From an uncultured Phycisphaerales bacterium (GTDB lineage Bacteria > Planctomycetota > Phycisphaerae > Tepidisphaerales > Tepidisphaeraceae): DNA of 64,000 nt. The first letter of the stretch is position 1; every line of letters begins with the position of its first letter. The position numbers and the translations under genes are program-made. The DNA is taken from assembly GCA_963755915.1 (NCBI GenBank), contig CAVWLP010000003.1:736001-800000 (forward strand), written 5' to 3'. Positions 9,754-21,974 of the stretch are shown one piece after another. The notes below the pieces were generated by a model. That model ran no database searches, was not told the origin of the DNA, and saw only the letters and a program-made list of their open reading frames with translations.

Positions 9754-10537
9754 CTAGTTTTTGGGACGTCTGGCCTGGATAAGAGTCGTCGGGGGATGGT
9801 CGCGGCGGAGGGTTTGGAAGCCCAGGTGCTGGAGCTGGGAGATCGCGGCGTTTACGTCGCCGGCGTGAGGGTGGAGCTCGGCGGCGAATTGCTGGGCGGC
9901 GGCGAAGAGAGGGCCGGGGTTTTTCAGGAGATCGAACTCGCTGCCTTCGATGTCGCACTTGATGAAGTGGATCGGGCCGGGGCCGAGACGCGAGAGGATT
10001 TCCGCTTCGGTGATGTTGGGAATCGTTGCGGCGCGGGGTGGATTTGAGGTCGGACTGGAACGATGTGGTTCCGCCGACGAAGGCGTTGATGATGGTGGCG
10101 CGGGATTCGAGATTATTGGCGGCGAGGGTGGCGCGGAGGCGGGCGCATTCATTGGGGTCGGCCTCGACGGCGAGAACGCGAACCCCCCTGCCGGAGGCGA
10201 GGGCGAGGACGGTGAAGAGGCCCATGTTGGCGCCGAGATCGACCACCGTGGCGTTGTCTGGGATGGTGAGGAAATCGTTGAGGTAGGGGTCGCGGACCCA
10301 GATTTCACGGATGCCGGTGAGGATCTGTTTGCCGGAGAGGGTTGCCCTGGCGTTGCGCAGCCTGGCGTGGAAGGGGCCGTCGCCGAGGGCGGCGTCGGCG
10401 GGTTGGAGATTGCCGGAGCGGCGGCAGGCCTTGAAGTGGAAAATAATCGCCAGGAGCCAGCGGAGCGCCACGATGGGGCCGCAGACCCGGCATAGTCCCC
10501 GGAAATCGGAGGCGATGATCCGGATGGAGCGGAGCAT
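9754..10537 (-). CDS. FkbM family methyltransferase (frameshift near 10040)
   Basis: VVDLGANMG and VEAD in one frame; IKCDIEGSE in the next. Confidence 0.85.
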
Positions 10538-10543
10538 TTGGCG

Positions 10544-11359
10544 CTATTGGCCGACTTCGATGCGGATGTATTTTTCGATTGCGGCGCCCTTGGCCTTCAG
10601 GTAGTTGGCGACGGAGCCTTTGAATACTTCGGGGTTGATGTATTCCTGGTCGAGAAGGACGCGCTCGGAGAAAAAGCTGTTGAGCTTTCCTTCGGCGATT
10701 TTTTCGGCGATGTTTTGCGGCTTGCCGGTGGCCTTGGCCTGCTCGACGGCGATGTCCTTTTCCCTGGCGACGAGGTCGGCGGGGACGTCGTTGCGGGTAA
10801 GGGCGATGGGACGGGCGGCGACGATGTGCATGCCGAGGTCGCGGAAGATTGAGTCGTCAGTTTTGCCGGTAATGGAGATCAGGACGGCGCTTTTGCCTTT
10901 TTCGGCGACGGAATAGACGTAGGAGCCGATGGCGCCGGAGATGGTGGTGAGAACGGACGTGCGTCCGATCTGGACGTTTTCGCCCGTCTGCTGGGAGACG
11001 GCGACGAGCTGGTCCTTTATGGCCGGATCGTCGGCGAGCCTGGCTTCAATGTCGGCGAGAAGCTTTTGGGCCGCGAGGGCGGCGACTTTGGCAACGGGCT
11101 CGCTCTTGGCGGTGAAGTCGGTGTTGCAGTTGATCTCGACGATGACGCCGCGCTTGCGGTCGGGGGAGACGGCAGCGAGAACGCGACCCTCGGTGGCGGC
11201 ACGCTCGGTGATGGAGGTTTTCACGCCCTTCTTGCGGAAATAGTCGATGGCTTTTTCAACGTCGCCGGCACATTCGGAGAGGGCCTTTTTGCACTCCATC
11301 ATTCCCAGGCCGGTTTTGGAGCGGAGTTCGTTAACGAGTTTAGCGGTAATTTCAGGCAT
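10544..11359 (-). CDS. tsf: Translation elongation factor Ts
   Basis: LRSKTGLGMMECKKAL, EINCNTDF and MHIVA motifs. Confidence 0.97.
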   Translation of the reverse strand: MPEITAKLVNELRSKTGLGMMECKKALSECAGDVEKAIDYFRKKGVKTSITERAATEGRVLAAVSPDRKRGVIVEINCNTDFTAKSEPVAKVAALAAQKLLADIEARLADDPAIKDQLVAVSQQTGENVQIGRTSVLTTISGAIGSYVYSVAEKGKSAVLISITGKTDDSIFRDLGMHIVAARPIALTRNDVPADLVAREKDIAVEQAKATGKPQNIAEKIAEGKLNSFFSERVLLDQEYINPEVFKGSVANYLKAKGAAIEKYIRIEVGQ

Positions 11360-11375
11360 AGGACCTCCAGAATCA

Positions 11376-11500
11376 TTTTAGCCATGGATCAAAAGCCAAA
11401 GGCACACAGATAAATGCAGGGGGAATCATCATCGCATTCTCATCTGTGTTCATCTGATTGTCATCTGACTTCGACGAGCTCAGTCGAGTCGTGGCAATAA
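11376..11500. repeat. Composite REP-like repeat with nested CTTCGRCGAGCTCAGTCGAG unit
   Basis: cacacagataaa / atctgtgttcatctg arms. The nested unit recurs at 62718-62742. Confidence 0.6.
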
Positions 11501-11505
11501 TTTCT

Positions 11506-12365
11506 TTAGGCCGATTGGACGGCGTGCACATTCTCGGCAGGCGGGGTGTTTTCGGGGTGTTCGGCGGGGCCTGGGCCGGTGGCCTCGTCGGCGCGGAAGG
11601 CGGTGCGGGTGCTTCGACGCCGGGGCTGCTGGGGCTCTTCGCCCTTCACTTCGCCGCGGCCGGTCTTGCCTTCGATGATCGAGTCGGCCAGTTCCTTGAG
11701 GATGATCTCGACGGCCCGCATGGCGTCGTCGTTGCCGGGGATGGGGAGGTCGATGAGATCCGGGATCGCTGTCGGTGTCGATGAGGGCAACGGTTTTGAC
11801 GCCGAGCTTGCGGGCTTCCTTGACGGCGATGTGCTCGCGGCGGGTGTCGATGATGAACATCACGCCGGGCATGCGGTCCATTTTGCGGATGCCTTCGAGG
11901 TTGGCCTTGATCTTGTCGCGCTCGCGGCCGAGCGTGGATTTCATTTTCTTGGAGTAGGTGTCGATCGGGGCTTTGCCGGAGGGCCCGGCTTCAAAGAGTT
12001 TTTCGAGTTCTTCGAGGCGGTTGAGCCGGGCGCGGATGGTGCGGAAGTTGGTGAGCGTTCCGCCGAGCCAGCGCTCCGAGACGTAGTGCATTCCGCAGCG
12101 CCTGGCTTCTTCCTCGACGGCATGCCGCGCCTGGCGCTTGGTTCCGACGAAGAGCACGTCGCGTCCACCGGCGACGGTCTGCTGGATAAGTTTTTTGGCT
12201 GCGAAGGAGGCCCTTGAGGGTTTCGCGGACATCGATGATGTGAATCATGTTCCGCTTGCCGTGGATGTAGGGCGCCATCTTGGGGTTCCAGCGAGAGACG
12301 CGGTGGCCGAAATGAACGCCGGCATCGACGAGAGATTTGACCAGATCCGCCTGCGACTGTGGCAT
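11506..12365 (-). CDS. rpsB: 30S ribosomal protein S2 (two frameshifts)
   Basis: [26 protein letters not shown] and IPGNDDA spread across three frames. Confidence 0.95.
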
Positions 12366-12693
12366 TCAGCAACTCCAAAACAACGGCGATCTCGTTAGAG
12401 AAAAGCCGGCAGCCCGTGCGGCGAGGGGATGGCCAGACATCCATCGCCGCCATGGGGCTTGGGATAAGAAGAAGTTTTTAAACGACCCTCGACAACGGAC
12501 AGACCGAACGGCCGGGAATCCATCGCAGGGGGCTCCTGGCGAGCCAAGTCGTCAAGCTTAGGCCGACGGGGGGAAATTTGCAAGAGTTGAATGGGGAATG
12601 CCCGCGCCAATCGCGTAAGCGGGGATGTCGCGTGGAGGGGTGGGAAATGCCGGGGGAGCGGCTACAATCGCGTCAAATTATCCGGAGATTGCC

Positions 12694-12978
12694 ATGGGTA
12701 AAGAGGAAAAGGAATTATCGGATGTTGTGGTGGTGATCGTGGAAGAAGCGGGCATGTCGGCGGCGGATGCCGCGGAGAAACTGCGGGAGATAGGGCTGGT
12801 CGTTTCGGGGGTGGATGAAAATGAGTGCGTTATCGAGGGGTGCATCGAGACGGAAAAGATCGGGGGAATCAGGCGGATGGAGTTTGTGAAATATGTGCGC
12901 AACGTTTTCGACTATCTGACGGAAGAGGGGGAGGAGGACGACAAGCTGAATTCGGAAGCAGACGACGCCGGCGCTTGA
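12694..12978 (+). CDS. Small acidic hypothetical protein
   Basis: ATG at 12694 after GGAG; followed by a terminator. Confidence 0.55.
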   Translation: MGKEEKELSDVVVVIVEEAGMSAADAAEKLREIGLVVSGVDENECVIEGCIETEKIGGIRRMEFVKYVRNVFDYLTEEGEEDDKLNSEADDAGA

Positions 12979-13000
12979 GTGCGCCGGCGTCGTGGTTTTT
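12962..13000 (+). terminator. Intrinsic terminator
   Basis: acgacgccggcgc-ttgagt-gcgccggcgtcgt followed by ggttttt. Confidence 0.75.
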
Positions 13001-13063
13001 ATGCCCAAGATTTCTTCTGGGGGCTTTCCGGCGAATGAGCTCGCCGGGAGTTGATGACTCACA

Positions 13064-13456
13064 TTAGCGCCAATAGCCGTGATAGTAGACGTAGCCGTGC
13101 GGGCCGTAACGCCAGCCGGGGCGTACCCAGACGTGATATCCGGGGGCGGGTCGGCGGTAGTAGCCGTGGCGCCAGACATAGCTGTAACCGTTCCACCACC
13201 AGTAGCCGCCGACCCAGACGAACGTGGGATCGGGCGGAGCAGGTATAACCTCGACCTGATCGGGGGGAGGCGGATTGGGGGCAACGACTTCGGCATTGGG
13301 ATCAGGCGGCGGAGGAGTAGCCGGGGTTGGCGGCGGCGCGTTCGTATAGACGACGGTTGGGGCGGGTTCCTCACGGACGACGCATCCGGCAAGGCCGCCG
13401 AAGCCAAAGGCGGCAGCAGCCGCTAGCAGAATTGATTTTCTGATTGAGCGAGTCAT
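13064..13456 (-). CDS. YXWGXW-repeat lipoprotein
   Basis: LAGC lipobox; Pro-rich linker; WVGGYW, WRHGYY and WVRPGW repeats. Confidence 0.85.
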   Translation of the reverse strand: MTRSIRKSILLAAAAAFGFGGLAGCVVREEPAPTVVYTNAPPPTPATPPPPDPNAEVVAPNPPPPDQVEVIPAPPDPTFVWVGGYWWWNGYSYVWRHGYYRRPAPGYHVWVRPGWRYGPHGYVYYHGYWR

Positions 13457-13582
13457 TTTAAGACCTCCCTATTAATGGGCCTGGTTCATAGTAGTTGCTA
13501 ACCGTGCACCAGTTCCACAAAGTCTAACGCGGAGGCGGGCCCGTTATTGCCAGCCAACTTTATCTTGTGAGCCAGACGGAGC

Positions 13583-14120
13583 TTACATCGGCTCTTTTTT
13601 GACGGTTTCGTCGAAAATATTGAGGAGCTTGGCCTTGTCGAAGATCATTTCCTGGCGGGTGAGTCCGACGATGTCGTAGGTGTGGGTGAGTTCGATGGCG
13701 TCGACGGGGCAGGCTTCTTCGCACATGCCGCAGTAGATGCAGCGAAGCTCGTCGATGTCGAATTTTGCGGGATATTTTTCGCGGTCGGCCCAGGGGCTCT
13801 CGGCGGCTTCGATGTGAATGCAGTGGGCGGGGCAGGCAGTGGAGCACATGAAGCAGGCGACGCATTTGACGCGGCCCTCTTCGTCCTTGTTGAGACGGTG
13901 CACGCCGCGGTAGGTCTTGATGAGCATTCCGCCCTTTTCGACCTGCATGTCTTCGCGTTTTTCTTCGGGGTATTGGATGACCCGATCCTTGCCGCGGACG
14001 ACGACGGCAAGCATGTGCTTCATCGTGGTGCCCAGGCCGATGAGAACCTGCGGCAGGTAGAAGGTGTCGGCCTAGCGAGAGCTTTGGTTCGTCGAGGACG
14101 ATGACGTCGGAGTCTTTCAT
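13583..14120 (-). CDS. nuoI: NADH-quinone oxidoreductase subunit I (frameshift near 14070)
   Basis: CVACFMCSTACP and CIYCGMCEEACP motifs; QYPEE. Confidence 0.93.
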
Positions 14121-14124
14121 GGGA

Positions 14125-15577
14125 TTACTCAGTTGGAATGACTCGGAACCGACCCCGCAGGCAAGGGCGTGTTGGAAAATCGGCTGCCGATAACGGTGAG
14201 CGCGCCGGTTGGTCGCTGGGGCGGGGGGAATCCAGGCGGTGAAGATCATGATGAGCGGCGCCGAGGAGGACGTTGAAGACGAGCATGGTGAGCGCGGCGG
14301 CGCCGCCGAGGCCGTCGTAGGTGTTGCCGTGGAAGGCGAAGACGATGATCGAGGTCACCATCAGCATGGCCAGCGCGATCGGGATCAGCGCCCGCCAGGC
14401 GAGCATCATGATTTGGTCGAAGCGGAATCGCGGCAGGCTCCAGCGAACCCACATGAAGACGAAGATGATGGCGACGGTTTTGACGAAGAAGACGATGCGC
14501 GCGAAGGATGCAGATGATGAAGCTGGTGGTGACGGCGGGATGACCGGGCAATGTCGCCGCGGCAGGCCGGGGAAATCCCAGCCGCCGAAGAAGAGGGCGA
14601 CGCAGACGGCACTGGTGGTGATCATGCCGGCGTATTCACCGAGGAAAAAGAGGGCGAATCGCATCGCGCTGAATATTCGGTGTGATAGCCGCCGACGAGT
14701 TCCTGCTCGCACTCGGCGGTGTCGAAGGGGGCGCGATTGGCTTCGGCGTGGATGCAGATGAGGAACATGACGAAAGCCAGCGGCTGCGAGAAGACATTCC
14801 ACGCGGGGATGATGCCGACCCAGTAGTGGCACTGTTTTTCGACGAGGGTGTTCAGGTCGAGCGTGCCATACATGACGACGATGCAGAGAACCGCCAGGCC
14901 GAGGGGAATTTCATAGGAGATCATGTTGGCGGTGGCGCAGAGCCGCCGAGGAAGGAATATTTGTTATTGCTGGCCCAGCCGCCGATGACGACGCCGTAAA
15001 CGGCCAGCGAGAGGACGGCCAGGACGAAGAGGACGCCGATGTTGAGGTTGGCGATCTGGAAGGGGTATTGGTAGGTGATCGTTGTACTGGTCGATTGCCG
15101 CAGGTCCTGCGGCTGGCCGACAAGCTGGTCGCCCTGTGCGATCTGGGCGCTGGCGGCGGCAGTGAATCGTCAGTCGTATCGGCAGGAATCGTGATGACCC
15201 GGCTGGCCTGGCGGGTTCCGCCCCAGGGAAGGACGGCGATGCTCACGATGATCACCAGGACCATGAGTCCGGGGGCGACGGTGAAGAGAACTTTGTCGAC
15301 GCTGGCGGGATGGTAGTCTTCCTTGACGATGAATTTGAGTCCGTCAGCAAGCGGCTGGCCGAAGCCGGCCATTTTCTTGTCTTTGAGGAAGGGAATGATT
15401 CCGAAGCCAAGGCCCGACGCGGTTGGGGCCGATGCGGTCCTGCACCCAACTGGCGACTTTGCGCTCGAGAAGGATCAGATAGGCTACGGTGCCCATGATG
15501 GCGCCGTGGGCGATGAGGGCGATCCAGAACCATGGGGGGATGTTGGCGACAAACCAGTTAATTACAGTGTCGATCAT
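14125..15577 (-). CDS. nuoH: NADH-quinone oxidoreductase subunit H (several frameshifts)
   Basis: [40 protein letters not shown] and LPRFRFDQ in successive frames. Confidence 0.9.
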
Positions 15578-15611
15578 GATGCTGTCTCGGGGAGATAATT
15601 ACATTGGTTTT

Positions 15612-17201
15612 TTACAGTTCGGCAAACTCCATTGCCGGGGCCGGGGTATGTTCGACCGGCAGGGAGACCGAGGCAAATGGTTCGCCCATTTCCTTGCGGA
15701 TGGCTTCGGCGTTGTAGAGGCCGGGGGTATTCAGGAGCGATAGATATAAATCCCCTTCGCGGGTGACGCCCTGCGGCGGAGCAACGGCGGCGACGAAAGG
15801 CTGAATCTTTCCCGAGAAATTTTCCCAGCAGCCGTCTTTTTCGGCCCACGCCGCCGAGGAGAGAATGATGTCGGCGCTGTCACTGAGGGTTGTGGGGAGA
15901 ATGTCCTGAACGACTTTGAAGCCTGATTTCAGGGGAGCGGGGATTTCGCCGGTGATCCAGTTGGAGTGATATCCGCCAACGATCCAACCGGCTTTCAGGT
16001 TGGCCGGTGCAGAGGTCGAGAATTCATTCCAATCTGAAGTTGGGCCGCCGAAAGTTTGCAGGACCCGGCGGATGCCGGCGGCGTTTGGGACCTTTTCGGC
16101 TTTGATCACGAACGTCTGCTGGCCGGTGAGATAGTTCCGGAAGATTTCGTCCTGCCCTGTCGAGGGAACGGGGCCGAGGACGAGAAGCGCCTGCGGATCA
16201 ATCGCGCGAATTGCTTTCGCGAGAAGGTACGCTTCTTCGCACGCCATCATGGGGGAAAGGACGGCATAGAGACTTCCCGGCGAGTTCGCGGCGAGGGACT
16301 TCAATTGTTTGACGGCAATATCAAACGCCTCAGGCGTGCTAGCAGGCGTGAGCGCTCCGTGCTCGCGCTTAAACGCGGTTTTCAGGCGCTTGGGGTGATA
16401 GAGAATTTTGTACGAATAGCGGGTGTCGTCGCTGATCCACCAGGTGTTGATCTCGGCGTTATAGCGCGACTAGATGCGATAGACGACGCCTTCGTTAAAT
16501 TCGACGAACATGTTTTCACCGCCGCTGTCGGCCGGGGAAATAGACGGGGCCTGCTTGAGGAGCCAGACGCGCTGCTTGAAGAGGAAATCTTTATCCAGCA
16601 GGGCGCCTACCGGGCAGAGTTCGACGACGTTGCCGGCAAGTTTATTGTTGCACGGTTTGCCGGGGAAGACGTCGATTTCTTCTTTGTGCCCGCGGCCATT
16701 GACGAAAAGCTCGGAGGTGCCGGAGACTTCGCGCGTAAAGCGCACGCAGCGGGTGCACATGATGCAGCGGTCGCCGTAGAGGAGGATATTCTCGCCCACG
16801 TCTTTTTTGGGCTTCTTGGCCTTGTCTTCCTCGAAGCGGGATTGGCTGCGGCCGTATTCGTAGGAATAGTCCTGGAGGAAGCACTCCCCGGCCTGGTCGC
16901 AAACCGGGCAATCGAGCGGATGATTGATCAGCAGATATTCCATCACCTGCTTCTGGTTCATGACCGCCTTGGTGGACTTGGAATAAACCACCATTCCATC
17001 CCGCACCGGCGTCTGGCAGGAGGGGACGAGCTTGGGGATGCCTTCGACTTCAACGAGACAGATTCGGCAGGAGGCGGGAATCGAAAGGCCCCCGTGGTAA
17101 CAATAGGACGGCATTTTGACCCCGGCATCCTCACAGGCCTGGAGGATCATCTGGCGGTCTTTACACTCAATTGTCTTGCCATCGACGGTGATCTTGGGCA
17201 T
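15612..17201 (-). CDS. nuoG: Short NuoG-like Fe-S subunit (internal TAG at 16470-16472)
   Basis: YCYH..CRICLVE, NHPLDCPVCDQAGEC and RCIMCTRCVRF. The frame continues past the TAG into the 15612-16304 ORF. Confidence 0.85.
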
Positions 17202-17235
17202 AGAGTGGGGATGGTACACGAGATGATAGGCGAGG

Positions 17236-17333
17236 CAAATGCCGATTGGGAAGAGAATGCCGAATGCCGATTGCCAAATGCCGAATGAAACGGCGGCTCT
17301 TCATTCGTCATTTGGCAATCGGCATTCGGCAAT
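17236..17333. repeat. Inverted heptamer-array repeat (same family as 813-898)
   Basis: aatgccg-aatgccg-attgcca-aatgccg...cgtcatt-tggcaat-cggcatt-cggcaat. Confidence 0.8.
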
Positions 17334-17370
17334 ATCCACACAAGTCTGATATCATTTGCAGCACATCATT

Positions 17371-18542
17371 ATGGAACGATTATTTTTTCGCACGGCTGGA
17401 GAGTCACATGGGAAGGCGCTGATTGCGCTGGTGGAGGGAATGCCGGAGGGGGTGGCCGTCGATCAGGCGTTTATTGACGGGGAATTGCGGCGGAGACAGG
17501 GAGGCTATGGCCGCGGAGGCCGGCAGAAGATCGAGACGGATCACGCGGAATTTTTGAGCGGGGTGCGGCTGGGAAAGACAATCGGGTCGCCGATTGCGAT
17601 GGAAATCGTGAACAAGGATGCGCGGCTGGATGATCCGGCCGCGACCCCCCCACTGCATCGCCCGCGGCCGGGACATGCGGACCTGGCGGGTTCGGTGAAA
17701 TGGCTGACGACGGATTGCCGGCTCACGCTGGAACGCGCCAGCGCGAGAGAGACGGCAGCACGCGTAGCGGCGGGCGCGTTGTCCCGATGCTTCCTGCGGG
17801 AGTTTGGGATCGAAGTGTTCGGGTTTGTCCGCAGCGTGGGGCCGGTGGAGGGGAAGTTTGTCGTCGACGAGAAGAACTGGCGGGAGATGCTCCGGCGCGG
17901 GATGCTTCGGAGGTTTATTGCCCCGATCCGGCCGCCGATGAGGCGATGCGGCAGTTCATCAACGATCAGAAAATGGCGAAGGACACGGCCGGAGGAATCG
18001 TCGAAGCGCATGTTTTCGGATGCCCGATCGGGCTGGGGAGCTGCATGACCTGGGATGGAAGACTCGATGGCCGCATTGCGGCGGCGGTGGCGAGTATTCA
18101 GGCATTCAAGGGAGTGGAGTTTGGATTGGGCTTTGAGGCGGCGCGCAGGCCGGGGTCGCAGGTGCATGATGAGATTGGATTTGACGCGAGCCAGAAGAAC
18201 ACGCCCGCGCTGGGTTTTGTGCGCGGGACGAATAATGCCGGGGGATTGGAAGGCGGGATGACCAACGGAAGACCAGTCATCGTGCGCGGGGCGATGAAGC
18301 CGATCAGCACTCTTGGCAAGCCGCTAAAGAGCGTGGATCTGAATACGAAGGAGCCGTCGGAAGCGGGGTGGGAGCGGTCGGATATCTCAGCGATCGGCGC
18401 CGCGTCGGTGATCATGGAGAATGTGGTGGCGTTTGAGATTGCGCGGGGGTTTCTGGAAAAGTTTGGGGGGGATTCGATGCGGGAGATTCGCACGAATTAC
18501 GACAGCTATTTAGCGATGGCGAGGAAGTTGCCGCTGGAGTGA
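17371..18542 (+). CDS. aroC: Chorismate synthase (frameshift near 17890)
   Basis: TAGESHG, RPGHADL, ERASARET, GGLEGG and MKPISTL motifs. Confidence 0.95.
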
Positions 18543-18545
18543 ATC

Positions 18546-18767
18546 GTGAAAATCCGTCTAGAAGCAATTTCTTGTCGACGTGTGCGTAATCATCAGATCA
18601 GTGCAATCGAAGGGATTCGTAGGGGGTTGGAAGATGTCAAAAATGGTCGTACGCGACCAGTGCGAATCGCGTTTGCGGAGATTCGGCGGAGATTAAAAAG
18701 CTCCGCGAAGCAAAACGTGACAGGGTTGTCGAAGCGGAAAACGCGCTCCCCTTCGGGTCGCGGCTAA
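18546..18767 (+). pseudogene. Possible antitoxin C-terminal remnant
   Basis: AIEGIRRGLEDVKNGRTRP resembles the C-terminal helix of Phd/YefM- or ParD-like antitoxins. No toxin follows. Confidence 0.35.
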
Positions 18768-18783
18768 ACGGCTGGGTGCGGAG

Positions 18784-20290
18784 TTAGTTTCGCGGCGCCT
18801 GCGCCTGCTGGGCAGCGGCGGCTTTGGCGGCGAACAGCTTCTTTGCTTCGCCGACGAGGTAGAAGCTGCCGGTGATGCAGATGAGGTCTTCTTTCGTCAC
18901 GGCGCGGTTGGCGATGGCGAGGGCTTCTTCGAGATTTTCGGCGACCTGGGCCATTTTGCCGTAGAGTTCGACGTAGCGGGCGGCGAGTTCGTGGGGGTCG
19001 GCGGAGCGGACGTTGTCGATGCGGGTGAAGATGACTTTGTCGGCGCCGCTGGTGATGCGATCGAGCATTCCGGGGACGTCTTTGTCGCCGCAACATCCGA
19101 AGATGACGACCATGGAGTCGTAGGGGATGTGCTGGCCGATGGCTTTCATGGCGGCGTCGAGGCTGGCGGCGTTGTGGGCGCCGTCGACGATGACGCGCGG
19201 GGTCTGGGAGACCATTTCCATGCGGCCGGCAACGGAGACCTTGGAGAGGCCTTCCATGGCGCGGATGTCGTTGATGGCGACGCCGCGGGATTTAAGGCGG
19301 TCGATGACGGCCAGAGCCAGGCCGCAGTTGATCGCCTGGTGTTCGCCGATGAGGGGGACGGCCAGATGCTCAAACTTACTGTTGGGCGTCGTGAGGCAAA
19401 TACGGTTGTGCGGGCCGAGCATTCGGCTGGACTCGAAGCGGTAGCTGAATTCGATCGTCTGGCCGGTGATATCGAGCGGGGCGCCGACTTTTTCGGCGAC
19501 TTTTTTCAGCGCAGCCTCCGCCTGAGGATCCTGGACGACGCTGACGGCCGGGATGCCATGCTTGAAGATGCCGGCCTTTTCGGTGGCAATATGGCCGAGG
19601 GTGGGGCCGAGCTGGGCCATGTGGTCATGGCTGATGCTGGTGATGGCGGTGACTTCGGGCTTGATGACGTTGGTGCTGTCGAGGCGGCCACCGAGGCCGG
19701 TTTCGACGACGGCGATGTCGATCTTGTTGTCGGCAAAGTATTTGAAGGCCACTGCCGTGAGCACGTCGAAATAGGTCGGCGTCGGCTTAATGCGGTGGAC
19801 CATGGGCTCCATCAGGCGCACAAGGCGGGCGAAATTGGTCTGGGGGATCATCTCGCCGTTGATGACGATGCGCTCGCGAACGTCGACGAGATGAGGGCTG
19901 GTGTAGAGCCCGACCTTGTAGCCATTGGCCTGGAGCATGGCGGCGATCATCGCGCAAGTGCTGCCTTTGCCTTTGGTTCCGGCGACGTGGACAGAGCGGA
20001 ACTTTTCCTGAGGCGTCCCCAGCCTTTTGAGCAGGGTGCCGCATGCGCTCGAGGTTGAAATTTTCGGAGTTGTAGCGGACGATGCGAAGCCGCTCGAAAT
20101 CGGCCAAAGTGGAAAGAAAGCGGACGGCCTTGGCAAAACTGGGCCCGGATTTGTGCGCGGGCGGGTGAGGTCGGGCCTTCTTAAGGTCGACCATTACAGG
20201 CTTTCGGTGCTTAACCGGCGCGCGCCGGGAATGCACTGGGGACGCTTTGTGAGCGCTTGTGTGACGGCGGATTTTCTCTCGCACGGGCAT
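18784..20290 (-). CDS. folC: Folylpolyglutamate synthase / dihydrofolate synthase (frameshift near 20040)
   Basis: HVAGTKGKGST, YTSPHL, ETGLGGRLDSTN and DGAHN motifs. Confidence 0.95.
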
Positions 20291-20489
20291 AAGAAACGAT
20301 TCTATCAATACGGTTGGGGCGTTTCAACTTTGAACCCAAGTTGATGCCAATTATTCAGTTACGGTTAATTATCCTATGTATATATAGGTATTTGAGTTAG
20401 GTCGGATTTAGCGTCAATTCGGAGGTTGGGGACAAACTGACGGCTACACAGGGAGGGGATTTGAGCGTATTGTAGGGGGCTCGAATTTT

Positions 20490-21941
20490 ATGGCTGAGGA
20501 TATGCAGACAATCGCGTTTGTGAGCCTTGGGTGTCCGAAAAACCTCGTGGACAGCGAGAGGATGCTCGGACTGTTGGCGCAGGATGGATTGACCGTGACT
20601 GGGGATGCCGGGGATGCGGATGCGATTGTCATCAATACCTGCGGGTTTCTGGAAGCTTCGAAGACGGAGTCGATGGGGGAAATTCATCGGGCGATCCGGC
20701 TGAAGGAAAACGGGAAATGCAAGCGGGTGGTGGTGGCGGGATGCCTGGTGCAGCGGCATAAGACGAAGCTGCTGGCGGAAGCGCCGGGGATTGATCGGCT
20801 TGTGGGGGTGTTTGATCGGGAGAATATCGTCGAAGCTGTTCGCGGGAACGGGGGTGGTGGGAAAGAGGGACATTTTCTGGGGAAGTATCACGACCTCTCG
20901 CGCCGGCTGGCGGATGAAGCGAAGCTGGATGCGAGTGTTAAGCAGACGAAGACGACGCGGCTGGCGGTGTTTGAGGATGATCGCGGCCGTCTGCGGCTGA
21001 CGCCGCGGCATTATGCGTTTTTGCGCCTGAGCGAGGGGTGTAACCAAGGGTGCGCGTTTTGCACGATTCCATCGATTCGAGGGCCGATGCGGTCTAAGCC
21101 GATCGATCATATTTTGGCCGAGGCGCGGGAGCTGGCAGCGGATGGGGCGGTGGAGCTGAATCTCATCGGGCAGGATACGACCAGCTATGGCACCGACATC
21201 GGCTATGAGCCGGGACTTGCGGGACTGCTCAAGCGGCTGGACCGGGAATTGAAAGATGTGCACTGGCTGCGGTTGATGTATGCGTATCCTTCGTGCTTTA
21301 CGGATGAAATGATCCGGGCGATTGGGGAGTGTGAGCGGGTGGTGAAATATATCGATATGCCGCTTCAGCATATCAATGATGAGATGCTCACGGTGATGAA
21401 GCGGCGGGTGACGCGCGGGCAGATTGAGACGCTGCTGGAGAAGCTGAGGAAATGGGTGCCGGGGATAACGATTCGGACGACGTTTATCGCGGGGTCGCCG
21501 GGGGAGACGGAAGCGCAGCATGGGGAATTGGTGAAATTCGTGAGGGAGTTTGGGTTCGACATGATGGGAGTGTTTCCGTATAGCGCTGAGCCGGGGACGC
21601 CGATGGGGCGGATGGAGGGGCAGATTCCGGAGGGTGTTAAGAAGGCGCGGGTGGAGGAATTGATGCTGGCGCAGCAGGAAGTGGCGTTTGCCAAGGCGCG
21701 GGGGAAGATCGGGCAGAAGGTGGAAGTTTTGATCGACAAGCCGGCGGGGAAGAAGGGGCGATGGGTGGCGCGGACGACGGGGCAGGCGCCGGAGATCGAT
21801 TCGGTGACGAATGTGCGCGGGAGAGAGCTTGGGGCGGAGCTGCATGCGGGGATGATGACTTCCGTAAAAGTGGTGGATTCGGATGGGTATGACCTGGTTG
21901 GGGAAGTGCCGCGGCCGAGAAGTTTGACGGTTGTGGGTTGA
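20490..21941 (+). CDS. rimO: Ribosomal protein S12 methylthiotransferase
   Basis: SLGCPKNLVDSE, NTCGF, CNQGCAFC and APEID motifs. Confidence 0.95.
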   Translation: MAEDMQTIAFVSLGCPKNLVDSERMLGLLAQDGLTVTGDAGDADAIVINTCGFLEASKTESMGEIHRAIRLKENGKCKRVVVAGCLVQRHKTKLLAEAPGIDRLVGVFDRENIVEAVRGNGGGGKEGHFLGKYHDLSRRLADEAKLDASVKQTKTTRLAVFEDDRGRLRLTPRHYAFLRLSEGCNQGCAFCTIPSIRGPMRSKPIDHILAEARELAADGAVELNLIGQDTTSYGTDIGYEPGLAGLLKRLDRELKDVHWLRLMYAYPSCFTDEMIRAIGECERVVKYIDMPLQHINDEMLTVMKRRVTRGQIETLLEKLRKWVPGITIRTTFIAGSPGETEAQHGELVKFVREFGFDMMGVFPYSAEPGTPMGRMEGQIPEGVKKARVEELMLAQQEVAFAKARGKIGQKVEVLIDKPAGKKGRWVARTTGQAPEIDSVTNVRGRELGAELHAGMMTSVKVVDSDGYDLVGEVPRPRSLTVVG

Positions 21942-21974
21942 ACGCATGGGTGTGGGGAGACGATAATTGGGGGT

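Noticed and set aside
12366-12600. Structured rpsB leader RNA
   Set aside because: Plausible from its position, but I could not identify a convincing conserved motif by eye.
20367-20394. AT-rich palindrome CCTAT-GTATAT-ATAGG as a dif site
   Set aside because: The 6-bp spacer fits, but the arms lack the ATAA/TTATG XerCD signature. More likely an operator between folC and rimO.
20397-21947. Long antisense ORFs (516 aa opposite rimO, 410 aa opposite nuoG, 383 aa opposite polA and others)
   Set aside because: Shadow ORFs expected in high-GC coding DNA; no recognisable motifs.
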